NCBI RefSeq assembly: GCF_006345805.1
Contig: NC_042997.1
Span: forward strand, 90,830,001 to 90,894,000
Direction: 5' to 3'
Length of the DNA: 64,000 nt
DNA from: Octopus sinensis
Taxonomy: Eukaryota
The notes under the pieces are model-generated. The model saw only the letters and a list, made by a program, of their open reading frames with translations, searched no databases and was not told the origin of the DNA. Both the position numbers and the translations under genes were made by a program. Positions 35,999 to 48,750 of the stretch are shown one piece after another. Position 1 is the stretch's first letter. Every line of letters begins with the position of its first letter.

Positions 35999-37860
35999 TT
36001 TTAAGCATTTCAGTGGAGATTCCTGATGGGCCTGGGGCTTTTCCCATCTTCATATCCTCAATTGGGTCATAATGGCATTTCCAAGCCTCTTTCTTTGAAG
36101 AATCATTACATACAAGTGCACCATCATCCATACGGACACATTTCTCTCCTATGACATCACAATTTTCTCTCACACACTGTCCTGCAATCTGAAACACTTC
36201 AGTTCTTTGGTCTTCATGTCACTGAACATAGGCAAACTTCTTTTCTGCTTCTCCCTTGGCTAGATATACTTGTCTCCTAGCATCCCTTCTGGCAATCTGA
36301 TACAGTACGCTGCTACCACCATTTTTCCAGGTCTTCCAGGCCTGTTTCTTAACTCCAATGGCCCTGTCCACTGCATCATTCCACCACCACATAACCCTAC
36401 ATCTGGATGGGACTTTGCACCAGCCACAGATCTGGTCTGTCAAACTCAGCAAGCTGTCCCTCAATAATTTCCAGTTGCCTTCTATGTCACAAGTCTGTAG
36501 CCCCTCCTCCCTTTCATCGAATTTCTCAATTAGGATGTCCCTAGACCTCTGACCATATGAAGGGCCCTTAAGCTTCCAAATCCTTCTTTTCCAGATTGGT
36601 TTACATCTTGGCATCCTTCTGGCCTGGAGTCTAACATTACTAATAACTAGTCTATGCTGGGGGTACATTGTTCACCAGGGAGGGTCTTTGTATTTAGAAG
36701 CAACCATGCATCATGCTATTTGGTGAGAATGTAATCGATCTGGCGAGCACAGACACTTGATTGGTAGGTTATCAGGTGGCTGGCTTCCTGAAGTTTGTGT
36801 TGCAGATCAAAAGGTTATTTGCATCACAGAACTCCATCAGTCTTGTTCCCCATTCATTTCGGGAGCCAAATCCATAGCCCCCATGCACACCATGGAAGAT
36901 ACCAGTCTGCCATCTGATATGCCCACTGAAATCCCCAGCCATGAAGAGATCATTGTCAATTGTCTTTGAGGTAGCCTGCAAAAGAATGTCATAAAAGTGG
37001 TCCTTCTTTTCATTTGGTAGGCCCACTTGAGGGGTATAGGCAGAGATAATTGTCGCTATACTGTTCTGTAAAACTAGCCTAAACTTGAGCAACATTCTGG
37101 CTACCTCTATAACTTTATCTACCTACTTCTATGCAAGAAGTATACCCATGCCACCTACCCCCCCCCCCCGTCACTGTTACCTTCCCAGAAGATTTTATAC
37201 CCATGTGTCTTGCCTGTAGGGAACTTGGCTGAAGCTCCTCTCCACCTTATGTCTTGGACACAACATACATCAACATGCCTCCATTCGAGCATCTCAACAA
37301 TCTTGCTAGACCTACCTTTCAATGTGCCTACATTGATAGTGCCAACTCTGAAAACTGGGAAAGGGATGTCAGAGAGAACATAGGGAGAAGTAATGTTATT
37401 TAGCACGTGAAAAAGAGGTTTCCGTGTTCGTTTGATAACACGTGCCACATCAGTTGTTCTCTTACACTTAAGCCTACCATCATTCAAACATATTAAAACT
37501 GTTTCTCCTATTGGGGCAGGGTGAGTGCAATGTAAGCATTGTAAATATAAGGGTTACTTCTGCAAATATAATAGGTCAGTTATTTATGTTGAGTAAATGA
37601 GCTGCTATTGGTTAGTCCATTATGTATAGACAGAAAAAAGTGGGGCAGGGGTTCTGGTACAGAAGTGAGTCAGAGCCCTGTTGGCATTTCTGGTAAAAGA
37701 GATTTCCTGTATTGGTGGTGGGAATGGGTAGGCGCATCCTGAACAAGCAATGGACACACACAAGAGAGAAAGAGAGATGGAAGAGATAGGGAGAAATAGA
37801 GAGATAGTGGTAAGGGACTTGCAGCCTTTAGCGAGGATCACATCAAAGTATGGAAGTGGT
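35999..37860 (-). mobile_element. RTE-clade LINE, 5' half (5'UTR, APE endonuclease, linker; RT missing)
   Basis: RVGTINVGTLKGRS...VDVCCVQDIRW, ISAYTPQVG...AGDFSGH...RNEWGTRLMEFC...NTNFRK, IDYIL, QHRLV and GKAPGPSGISTEMLK, split by frameshifts and stops. Confidence 0.92.
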
Positions 37861-38699
37861 CAAAATACACATTAGCATCACATGTAAGCCTGTTAGATAA
37901 GAGAATGATGAGTGATTAAAAGCTAGAGAAATTTCTTAAACTTAGCTGGGCATTTCATGTGGTTATGATGGAATCAACAAACAGCAGAGCAGGAATCTGA
38001 GACTTCAGAAGAACAGAAGGTTCTTTATAAATAGTTTACAACCAGAAGTGATCAAGCAATGGCCAGCATCACCTCACATGAGAGAAAGAGAGAGAGAGAG
38101 AGATAGCAATAAAGGGTTTGAGGCCTTTAGCAAGGTGAGGATCATAGCAAAGTATTTATTTATAAATAGCATGGAGAACGGACGTTAAACGATGATGAAA
38201 AACTTTGCTATGATCCTCACCTTGTAAGCTTAAGTAGATTTTCACCAGATATGGAAAGCCAAAATTAAAATTAAAATTTAAATATCTCCAACATCTTATG
38301 AGACAAGAACTCATAACGATTTGTACACCTTCAACAACTATGGGGATAAAAACCTTGAAAAATATAAATACCAAAAAATCTTATTTTAATTTTCTTTTTT
38401 TTTTAAATCAGAGAGACATAAAACATATGGAAATTAAGTAACAGCTACCAGAAGTAAGATTAATATAAAACTAACAAATGTATTCAGGATCAAGTTTCAT
38501 ACTTTTTAAACCTTTGATTTTCAAGCTGATATTGCAATAATACAGTTTCTGGGAAACATATATAACAAGTAAAACTTAAAATAATTCTGATACTTCAAAA
38601 ATTAAAAATTAGTGAAATCCTTTCTTTGCAGTATTTTCAAGGTCCCTTCCTCCCATATACATCTATCAATAGCTAATCTTTCAAACTTAATGCTTAACT

Positions 38700-39800
38700 G
38701 CACCAGCTTTGAAACACTATTTTCATCTAATACCTAAATCATAAAATCATAACACACAAACCAAAATCCCTACAACAATTGTTTTAATGCTGAAGAACAA
38801 AATTGAGGACATCTATGTACTGACTTCACAATTTTGTCATATCTGTAACAGCTTGACAGTAAATCAGATCAATATGCCTTGGCTGCCTCACATCTCACAC
38901 AATTCCTAATGAATTATAGAGGATACATAAATTATGGCATACCAAGGATACAGGCTACCCCAATTGATTCATTTGCTACCTTCATACAGGAAATTTGTGA
39001 TCTATTCAACATTTAAAATTCAGTTTCCACACCAGGATATCAGCAAAGTATGTTTATCAAGGCTCAAAATGCACTACTAATTTATCCACTTCTTTACACC
39101 AGGCCAATATCAAAATGATTAAATTTTGAGTCACATTGACAAGGTTACTAAAACCTTAAACTTGTCTGCAATAATTATTATTTTAATGATTAAATTAAAA
39201 TTAGAAAATATTTATTTAGCTGATAATTTTATTGGTTTCAAAATCATCAATTTTATTGAGTTAATAAAAGCGAATAATTAAGAGAGATGACTGTCAAGAG
39301 ATCTGAATGAATAACAAAGACATATCTGAAAACAATCAATAGCAAATAAATGCTTTTTATGACAGCTATTTGATACAAGTACACAAATCTACAGCCAACA
39401 GCTGTACTAAATTAGTTCCAGATGTTGATGTTTACAGTAAATAATAAACTTAGCAATACAAATTTTACCATGATGGAAAAAACATGCAGCTTGCCAACTA
39501 CTCCAAATAAAGTAGTTTCTGTTTAGATGTTGAAAGCTGATATGACCAATAGTCAACTACCTAGATGGAATAATCAATTCTAGAAATAAGTTGATCCATT
39601 TCATTGCTACTTCCAGAAAGTTTCATGAAATGATCATTTTAAGCATTTAATTAAGAAAAAAAATCTCCACAAAAGTTCTCACTTTATTCATAACATTAAT
39701 ATGCATTCTAAACTATAACTCCTATTAAATTTCTGCAGCTGTCACAGAGAATGTTATTAGGAGTACTGTTACTGTTGATGTAGGGAAAAGATAAGCCAAG
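38700..39800 (-). mobile_element. Highly degraded hAT (ZBED5-like) transposase remnant
   Basis: Weak frame fragments resembling FSIQLDEST, TTG.DIF and CE..FS motifs; many stops. Confidence 0.35.
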
Positions 39801-41689
39801 TGTCAGTTTTATGAGAAACAGGAAAACCAAGGGCAAAGATTGATTAGACTTAAAGAAGAAATCATAAGTACTTCAAGTAGGAAAATTTTAAATATCCATT
39901 AGAGACAATGTTAGTGGCCAAAATAAACTAATCACAAAATCATCTCTTCTGTAACAAACCACTTACATTCATAACTTTGTTTTTTCAGTCTATGAAAGCA
40001 TATTTGGCATTTATAATATATAGATTTCTTATACAGGCAAAAGCTAAATTTGAAAGAAGGAAACAGTTAATTTTATCAACCCATATACTTGGCTAGTACT
40101 TAATTTCTTTGACCCACAAAAGGCTGAAAAGCAAAACTGACTCAAGATTTCAATTCAGAACATAAAGAGCTGGAACAACTTCACAAAGCCTTTAGCTGAT
40201 GCTCAAACAATTCTCCTAATCTACTATCCTTATATTTATAATATACTAATTTTATAAAATATATTGAGCCCTACTGCAAAACTTTTAGGAAACCTACACA
40301 ACTAGTTCCATAAACCCTAGATGGCAACATGTCAAGAGCTGTAAGCCACGCAACATAATTACCAACCAGTTTAACCCATTAGCATTTAAACCAGCCATAT
40401 CCCACCCTAATATTCTGTTTTATGTTCACACTTGGCAGATCTAGCCTCTCACACCTACCCTGCAATGTCATTCTAAAAATAAACAATTACATCTTCAAAA
40501 TCTGAAAGCTACAAGATAATACAGGATTAGTTTTTAAAAATTTAAATAAACATTACATTTGACAGAGTAATCTGAATGCTAAAGTGTTAGTCATACTGCA
40601 CATTGTAAAATTTTATATTGCTGACAATATCACCCATACAATAATTCTTTTTTCTGATGTAACTAGCTATAAGGGTAATCAAGAATAGCTCCCCTGCAGT
40701 AAACAATCAACTTGATCAAACTACAGCAGATGTTTATTGGAAACAGGCCAGAATGGAAATAGTTTTATGTTCTATAGAGCAATCTAAATCAAAAAAAAAA
40801 TGAAACCATGTTCATACAGAGCTACTGAAACACCTTTCTTTAATTAAAGTTTTTATCATAGGAGTGTCTGCTATCATTCTCAACAAACTCTTGTATCTGC
40901 CATCATGTCCCACCAACTGTAGACCTACTCCTTATATACCTCTACATCTCCCACCCCACTGCTTGCACATCATTCCCTTACTTTCTAATCTATTCTCCTT
41001 CATGAGCCACTTCTCTCACCTTACCCCCTCTCAATACTGGTATTTCCCATCAACTTCACCGCCACCCTTGTTCATCACTACATTCACCTCTAACCATCTA
41101 TTACTCTCCCCTCTTCCCCTACCCTACAACTTGTATCCTTTCATACTCACCTTTTTGATCTTGAGATGTTCTAGCATCTCGTCACCACCATCTCTACCTT
41201 CTTTCCAATAATCCCTGCCCATCCTTATATAATGTTGGTTAGCCATGGACTTCCCCTATAGCAAGATATTGTCTTTCTACCATACAACAGCCTCTCAACA
41301 CCTGGCATAAACTCACCACTTGCTCTCCTAGATACTCCTCCCTACTTAGTCAAGGAAGATTTTTCCTTTTTTCCTGTTCTTTCCTCATCTTGCAAGTTAC
41401 TTGGCAAACCTACTAATGCTGGTGGCACAAAAAAGAAGCACCCAGTACACACTGTAAAGTGGTTCACATTAAGAAGGGCATCCAACTATAGAAACCATAG
41501 CAAAGCTGGGAGTTAAACACAGCTCTGCCAAAACATATAAACCCATGTCAGCATGACAAACAGACATTAAATGATGGTGATGATGAAACTTCCATGCATT
41601 ATTAATCAATAAAAATTAGTTGATACAATTGGTTCTATCAGTATCACAGACCTAAATATCTACTGATGAACAAAATATTGAAACACTAC

Positions 41690-42773
41690 AGGTTTTGCAC
41701 CTCTCATTCCATCACAAGCTTACAGATTTCTTCACACCATACATATTTTTCAGCCATTGTAATACACTTTAAACATTTCCAAAGTATATATTGTAGTTAG
41801 ATAAAGTTTCTCCACCTCTTTGAAAATTTCTGAGTAATTAATCTATGCAAGGTGCTCACAGAAGCTAATTAATTCTTCCTTCACTTCAACATTAGCATTA
41901 ATTCTCTAAATGAACTATAGCAACACACTTGATTGTTGGTCACTTGTTGATTCATTGAGAACCAAAGAAAAACCACTGAAAGTCTTAAACTTTATTGTTA
42001 ATTGGCTCAGGATGTTGCCTCCTGTCCTCAACTATCCTATTTACTGAATTGTTGCAGAATGACTAATATTTTGAATAAATTTATTTTTCTAGACATAATT
42101 CTTCAGCTGTTGCTAACATAGAAAATTTAGTTAATTCATCATCAGTAAATAATTTCCTTTTTTAACTAACAAATAAGCTACTCTCAAACTAGCTATATTT
42201 GCTGCACCGTTAGTGGCAATTCAGCTGATTACAAAAGGAAAAAAATGGTTTTGCTAGAGGTGGATTACCACAATCTCCATAATATTAATGGACAACACAG
42301 ATATATACCATTATACCAGCAAGTCACATGTGATACATTAATACAAACAATGTGATATAATAGTTGAGATGATTTTATTATCATCAATCTGGCTTAGGAT
42401 TAGAAAACTACAGCCTGCAGTCTCAATCCATCTGGTCTGCCAACTTCATTGAACATATAAAGTTGCATACAAAACTTCTTTGTTTCCTTTAGCTATCTTT
42501 TAGTAGTGGACAACTGTGTTGAAAAGCAATAAAAGTTTGATTTTTGCAATGGCCTCGACTGAATATTTTCAGTTATACAAAAAAAAAAAAAACTCCTTCA
42601 CTTGGTTAAAAGTAGAAGTCTTTGTGAGTATGAAAAAAATAAATCTGTAACAGGACTCTGAATGGCTTGCCAAATGAAAAATTACCTAGAATTTTGTCTT
42701 AGGAGCATGGCCCACTTAATGATGAATCATGTTTTATTTGGGCCCATTTCTTGAAAAAGGTTGCCTATGCCCG
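41690..42773 (-). mobile_element. hAT transposase remnant (SPIN/GTF2IRD2-like)
   Basis: ASLRVAYLLVKKRK.FTD.E..K, FQWFSLVLNEST..QSSVLL.FI and EELISF across frameshifts; TIR-like CGGGCATAGGCAACC at 42759-42773. Confidence 0.7.
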
Positions 42774-42945
42774 TTTTAAACAGTAAATGTTTTCAACTTC
42801 CTTAATGAACATCAACAAAGACTAGCAGCACCTCATGTGGTTAGACTCTGTGAGACTAACAGTAGGCGAAGAATTTTTTTCTTTTCTTTATTATTATTAC
42901 TATAAAACATTGATCCATTTGAAGTTACTGCAAAACTTAAACTTT

Positions 42946-43556
42946 GGATCTTTACCTTTTGACCGGCAGATTTAAAAAATAATTTTTGTAACTAAACACT
43001 TTCAAACTTCGGACACTGGTAGAATGTGTCATAAAAAACATCTTTTACTCTTAGCGTTTTTGAGAAAACCTTATATTTAGGATGTTATTTCTCATTAAAG
43101 TTGTCGTATTTCGGTAATTTCAACCAATCAATGACGTGTATTCAGCTGGATAAAATTACTGCCGTTGTTTGTCAACAACAACTATTGGCGGTGTATATTT
43201 CGTTTGTACCTGTTATTTATGACATCGTTCATGCGTTTGTACTGGTTTTAGCTTTAAGGTTTCAGGGTTAGGGTTGTCATAAATAACAGTGACAAACGAA
43301 ATATACCCTGCTGGAAGTTCTTGTTGACAAACAATGGCAGTAATTTTATTCAGCTGAATACACGTCATTGATTGGTTGAAATTACCAAAATACTACAACT
43401 TTAACGTGAAATAACTTCCTAAATATAAGGTTTTCCTCAAAAATGCTAAGAGTAAAAAGATGTTTTATATGACACATTCTACCAGTATCCGAATTTTGAA
43501 AGTATTTAGTTACAGAAAATTATTTTTTAAATCTGTCAGTTAAAAGGTAAAGATCC
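42946..43556. mobile_element. 611-bp foldback element with ~280-bp inverted arms
   Basis: GGATCTTTACCTTTT...AAAAGGTAAAGATCC; arms complementary along their length; 50-nt loop at 43225-43274; flanks taaacttt/tgaacttt are a candidate 8-bp TSD. Confidence 0.9.
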
Positions 43557-46106
43557 TGAACTTTTACTCTATTTTTCAATCTTGAAACTTTATTATTTAC
43601 TACCAAAAGATAGCTAAAGAAAATAAAGAGCCTTTAAATACAACATCACCATTCAATGAAGTTAGCAAGCCAGATGAAATAAAACCAGTCTAGTTTTCTA
43701 ATCCCTAAATTAGATTGTTAACAATAGAATTACTAATCTATAAATTTAACCCAAGGGTTAGTAACATAATATTTGTACTAATGTATCACCTGTTACTGAC
43801 TAGTATAATGATACTAGATACTGCAGTATCTGGTTATATTACTGAGACTATTGTAATCTGCCTCTGACAAAACCACGCTTTCTGTAATCAGCCTAATTAC
43901 TACTAATACTGCAAAAATCAATGTTCAACAGCCTGCTTTAAAGATTACAAAGGAACTCAATCAATATGATGAAACAGTTTACAAAAGCCCAAAATCAGTA
44001 TCAGTTATGAGCAAGATGAATCTTGCCTAGGGCTAAAATAGCAACTGTTTTATATGCTTCAGGAAAAGTATTCATCCTAAATACTTGACTATCTGGGAAC
44101 ATGTTACTGTTCAGCAATATCTATTTCTGAACAGAATCAGATGGACAAATTACTCTCAAATGATAGAAGCAAAACAATATTGTCAGTATATAGGTTTTGA
44201 AAGTTTGATTGTACCTTGAGTTAGAAACCTATGAGGAGGCATATGTGAAAATAACAATACTGGAGCTGAAGCAATAACAAAGCCTATACTAAATCACTTG
44301 ACTAAAAATAGAGGCTAAATATCACTTAAATCTCAAAATACCATATTGAACAAAGGTCATATTGGATAGTTGTAGTCCTAGTTACATGATGCCTAAGAAA
44401 GACAAGATGGTCACAGTTGGAACATTTACAATCATAAGCAGTTGACTTGGAGTTGACATCAACAATGCTGGATTCATTTAGAGCACTGAAATGTCACAAA
44501 AATTGTTTTTGACATAATTCATATTCTGATCACATGAAACTGCAAGCAACAAAACACCTACATCTACTTAAATGTTTAACAGAAAGAAAAGTGTATATCC
44601 AACTTTTTTTGAGAGCAAATTAACCACTTGGAACTCATTTCTCTCTAGATTATTGATAATGATGAGAAAATGCTGATAAAATGAAATGAAGATATGACTC
44701 TCCAAAAGCATACCATTTCGCTATAGTGATATGAAAATACTCATATGCAAATATCCAGGATCAGCTCCCTACATTATTTTTATCAACTTTATGACATGTA
44801 TAATTATACATAAAAGGAAAATACTGGCTGCATTATTCTGTTCACAACCATTTACTTGATAATTACAAACATACAAATAGAATGTAATTTTCATGAATAT
44901 AAATAACATGACGCCCACTTAACAGCATCTCATTATTAATCAATGAGAAGTCCTCTAAGAAGCCACTCAGCATGTTAGAAATTTCCCTCAAATTACATCC
45001 TACTGTTGACACTGGACAATGTAGTCCTACATAAACATACAAGAGATAGTTGAGAATCTAAGTCCTTTGATAATAAGTCTATCCAATCAGGGCTGGACCA
45101 AGGCCTCAACAAAAACAATCTCATAACCCCTCCAATAAACCTGAACAGAACTCATTAGTAACTTTATACTACTTGATCCAATTAGTTTTAAGGTTTATAT
45201 TCTTATAAAAAGTAGAGTCTGAATCAGAAGTTAGGGAAAGGCAGGGTTACAATATATGCCTTTACTAAATCTAATAAGGTACTATAATTCAACAAAGTCA
45301 CAGTTAACACAGAAATTGTCTGATATTTTAAAAACGTTAGACATTTCCTTCAAATAAGTTCCAAAATCAATTGCACTTCTAGGGAGATAAACACACCAAA
45401 TTAGTTTCCCTAATGATCAGCCATAATTGATTGGGAATAATAAAGTACATCAATAACATATTTATTGTCGAATCCAAATAGGAGAGATATTGAGGTCATT
45501 TGAGATGAGATAAGATGAGAAATCATGCATATTTATGACATCTGAAAAACCTATTTAAAGGTTGGTGTCAGAGTGTATGGGCTTGAGGGTATCTCTTATT
45601 ATAATTTGGTAATAAAGCAGTCATAAGATGGGTTACATGATAATGATCAATTCTAACTACGTAAAATATATTTTAACTCAGATGAGAGCTGAAATTTCAT
45701 TTTGATATCAGCCATGTGACACCAAGCTTCTAACAAGCATAATTTATACTAATCACTCTAATCTTAAAACCACATTTTCTAGGGCAAACTACTATAATAT
45801 ACTATATTAGATTATAGATAAGCCCTCTCTCATAAATCTATCAATCTGAAAGATAATAGTTTTACTTGAGAACAGATGAATAGATTATATATAACTTAAC
45901 CCTTTTGATTCCAACCTGATATTAAACCTGTCCATTGAAATTTTGTGTTCATTTATTTCCCAAATATCAGCTTTATAACAAGGTTATTTTACTAAATTCT
46001 TCATTACTTTGAAAATTAACATAAATGAAGGCTGTATATTTCTCAACAAAAATATGGTAATAAAAGGATTAAGTCGTTTTTCATTTTAATATCAATAACT
46101 AAATAA

Positions 46107-46330
46107 AGATGGCAAATTGGCAGAATCAGTAGCAAGCTGAGCAAAATGCTTATCAGTGTTTTGTCCATCCTTACCTTGAGTTCAAATTCTGCCTAGGATG
46201 ACTTTGCTTTTCATCCTTTCAAGGACAATAAAATAAGTACCAGTTGAATACTGAGATCGATTTAATCAACTTACCCTCAACCCCAACCCCTGAAATTGCT
46301 GGCCTTGTGCCAAAATTTGAAACCAATCTC
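46107..46330 (+). mobile_element. SINE family B; other copies at ~9945-10160, 18683-18892 and 28845-29055
   Basis: ggcagaatc.ttagc...gagttcaaatt (B-box-like)...aataagtaccagttg...aaatttgaaa.caat shared by four loci. Confidence 0.85.
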
Positions 46331-46395
46331 AATAACTAAATGTAATCAGAATTGAAACGTTAAATGAGTGAAAAACAAATTTAAATATAACTAAA

Positions 46396-46759
46396 CTAGC
46401 ACTATGACCCGGCAATGCCGGGTCATAATGCTAGTGCATGCATATACAGCTGCATGCATGCGCACATACAGACGAGTACTGTCCAAATCTCCGACCAATC
46501 ACACACAGCTAGCTGGCATTCAATTGACATATCAAGCTTTGGGCATTTTGATTGGGTTTTGGATAGAAAATTCACAAAAAAGTCACTTCTATTGATTTTT
46601 TAATGGCTTTGCGGGGTGACTGGGGAAATGTAAAGATGTGCACGACCACCCTTGGACGGTTTTGAATGACCATAGAAAGTGCGAGCTCTTTAACTGGAAA
46701 ATTGTGGATTTGTATAAAGGACACACATGCAGACATTTTGCCTTTTATATATAGAGAGA
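46396..46759 (-). mobile_element. Non-autonomous Helitron, second family
   Basis: Minus-strand A|TC start (TCTCTATATATAAAAGG), terminal CTAG|T and a strong subterminal hairpin tatgacccggca-a-tgccgggtcata. Confidence 0.8.
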
Positions 46760-47229
46760 TGATCTCATAGTCATGGTTTGATTCAAAGATCAATTACTGA
46801 TTTCAGAATCAGATTACATAGCCTAGAACAGGATACAAATTTAAATTTGTTGTACATACCAAAAGAGAACAGTTTTATTCAATTCTTATGCTAAACAGGG
46901 CCAAGGATCTTGATTATAGTTGATTTAAGCTACTACAATCTAGTTTTACACAAACTATATGGTCCAATTATAAAAGGATTGTAGTCTCAGTTTTATAGTT
47001 CTGAGCTATATCAAAACATGCTTCAATAGAAATTTCCAGAATATAAACCTGCACAATTTAGTGAATTTAATCTCAAGCACAAGATGATATTGCACAAGCC
47101 TGTTTCAATGTCAGAATCTAATTAATAAGTTTCCAATGACCTGCCCAGTTAAGTGGAAAGTGCTGTTAAATATCTAGGAAGATGAAGTTATTTCCAAATA
47201 CTTTAGAAATTACTGACCAAGTAGAAGAC

Positions 47230-47990
47230 ATCCTGCAGTAAAATTATAAAATGCCAACCATGCAGATGACGATGCTCTTCTTGGAAGATAATATAAAATT
47301 AGAAGAGAAAATGTTACATGCACTCAAGATTACATCTGCACAAATAGGATTATATGTCAATGCCGGCAAGACTGAATACATGGGCTATAACATAACAGGT
47401 GATATCTGAACTCTGAATGGCTCTAATCCGATGATTGATGACTTTACCTACCTGAGAAGTTACATAGCTTCAACAGAAAAGGATGTCCAAGCAAAGATTG
47501 CAAAACCATGGAATACCCAAGACAGACACAGAATTCTCTGGAAGTCTTCTCTTCATGACATGAAGAGGGTTTTTTTCAAAGCAGTCATAGAATCAGTACT
47601 TCTGTATGGCTCTTCAGCATGGATACTGACATGAGACTGGAAAAGAAGCTTAATGGTACATACACAAGAGTGCTTTGTGCAGTTCTCAATCTTTCTTGGT
47701 AGCTACAAAGCAGCAACTGTATGACAGTCTTCTTATCATCACCTCGGTAATCAGAGAATAGAAGACATTATGCAGGACACTGCTGGAGAAGCAAGGATGC
47801 AATACCCAGAAATTTCCTTCACTGGAAACCCAAAAACATAGACATACAGGTATCAGCAGACCAAGAAGAGCATATATTGACCAATTTGCAGCATACACTG
47901 GTTGAGGATATGAAGACTGCTATAGAAGATCAGGACATTTGGCATGGAAGAATTGCATTGGTCTGCACAAGTCACCCAATCAGATAATAA
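47230..47990 (+). mobile_element. Degraded RTE-clade LINE reverse transcriptase C-terminus
   Basis: HADD..LL, IGLYVNAGKTEYM, IDDFTYLRSYI and FFKAVIESVLLYGSSAWILT, with frameshifts. Confidence 0.82.
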
Positions 47991-48029
47991 TACTTTCAAC
48001 CAACACATTAATGTCAGCACCATCATGTT

Positions 48030-48750
48030 ACAACTTTGTAGTTTACAATTAATTTAAATAAGAGATTTTCATGTTTCATCAAATCTGGCATATGGAAGCA
48101 GGGCTCATTTTTTTCATCCAAAAGTACTACTTGCTGATAAGGTTCACAGTCCAGTGTCTTAAAATACTACACCAATAAGTCTACATTTGATATTTCACTT
48201 TTCAAAGAAACAAGTTGTCAAATTCTGTAATTCTTCCAATCTTTCTTTAATAATTGATGTTGAATAGCATAAAGTTCTGTTTTGTTAAATTCTCAAGTGC
48301 CACTGCAAACTCTATGTAAAATATTTTCTGCTTGCCCTTCTGGTCAATCAAACTCAACCTACCAATTTGTTGTGCATTTTCAACAGTTTCATCAATTTCA
48401 AATTTCATTGTATTTGGCATAATAAACTATATCTTAAACATTATGGACACTTGTACATTTTATGTCCTATCCTTTTCCTGAGCTCTTATCCAGTTAATAC
48501 ACTTGACACAATTACAAGTTTACATTGTCAAAATTATCAAAAACTCAGCTTCCAGCATCAATTTTGTCTCTAAAATTTATTACAGAAGACTTTGTTGATT
48601 GCTGCATAGTGTTCTATATATCCAATTTCATTTGAAAAAAAATGTTAATTTGCAATCTTCTTTCCATACTGATTAAGTAAAGAAGCAAAACTAGACACAA
48701 AAGAACAACATCCAGGGCATATCCAATGTATCACCAAGCGCATTCATTTA
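48030..48750 (-). mobile_element. Highly degraded hAT-like transposase C-terminal remnant
   Basis: Fragments such as ERLEELQNL and TLSASSTFG resemble hAT dimerisation regions; weak. Confidence 0.3.

Noticed and set aside
43255-43275. Interstitial telomere
   Set aside because: Only about two degenerate TTAGGG units, inside the loop of a foldback element.
44880-45860. L1/Tx1 endonuclease remnant
   Set aside because: Too degraded; no diagnostic motif survives intact.
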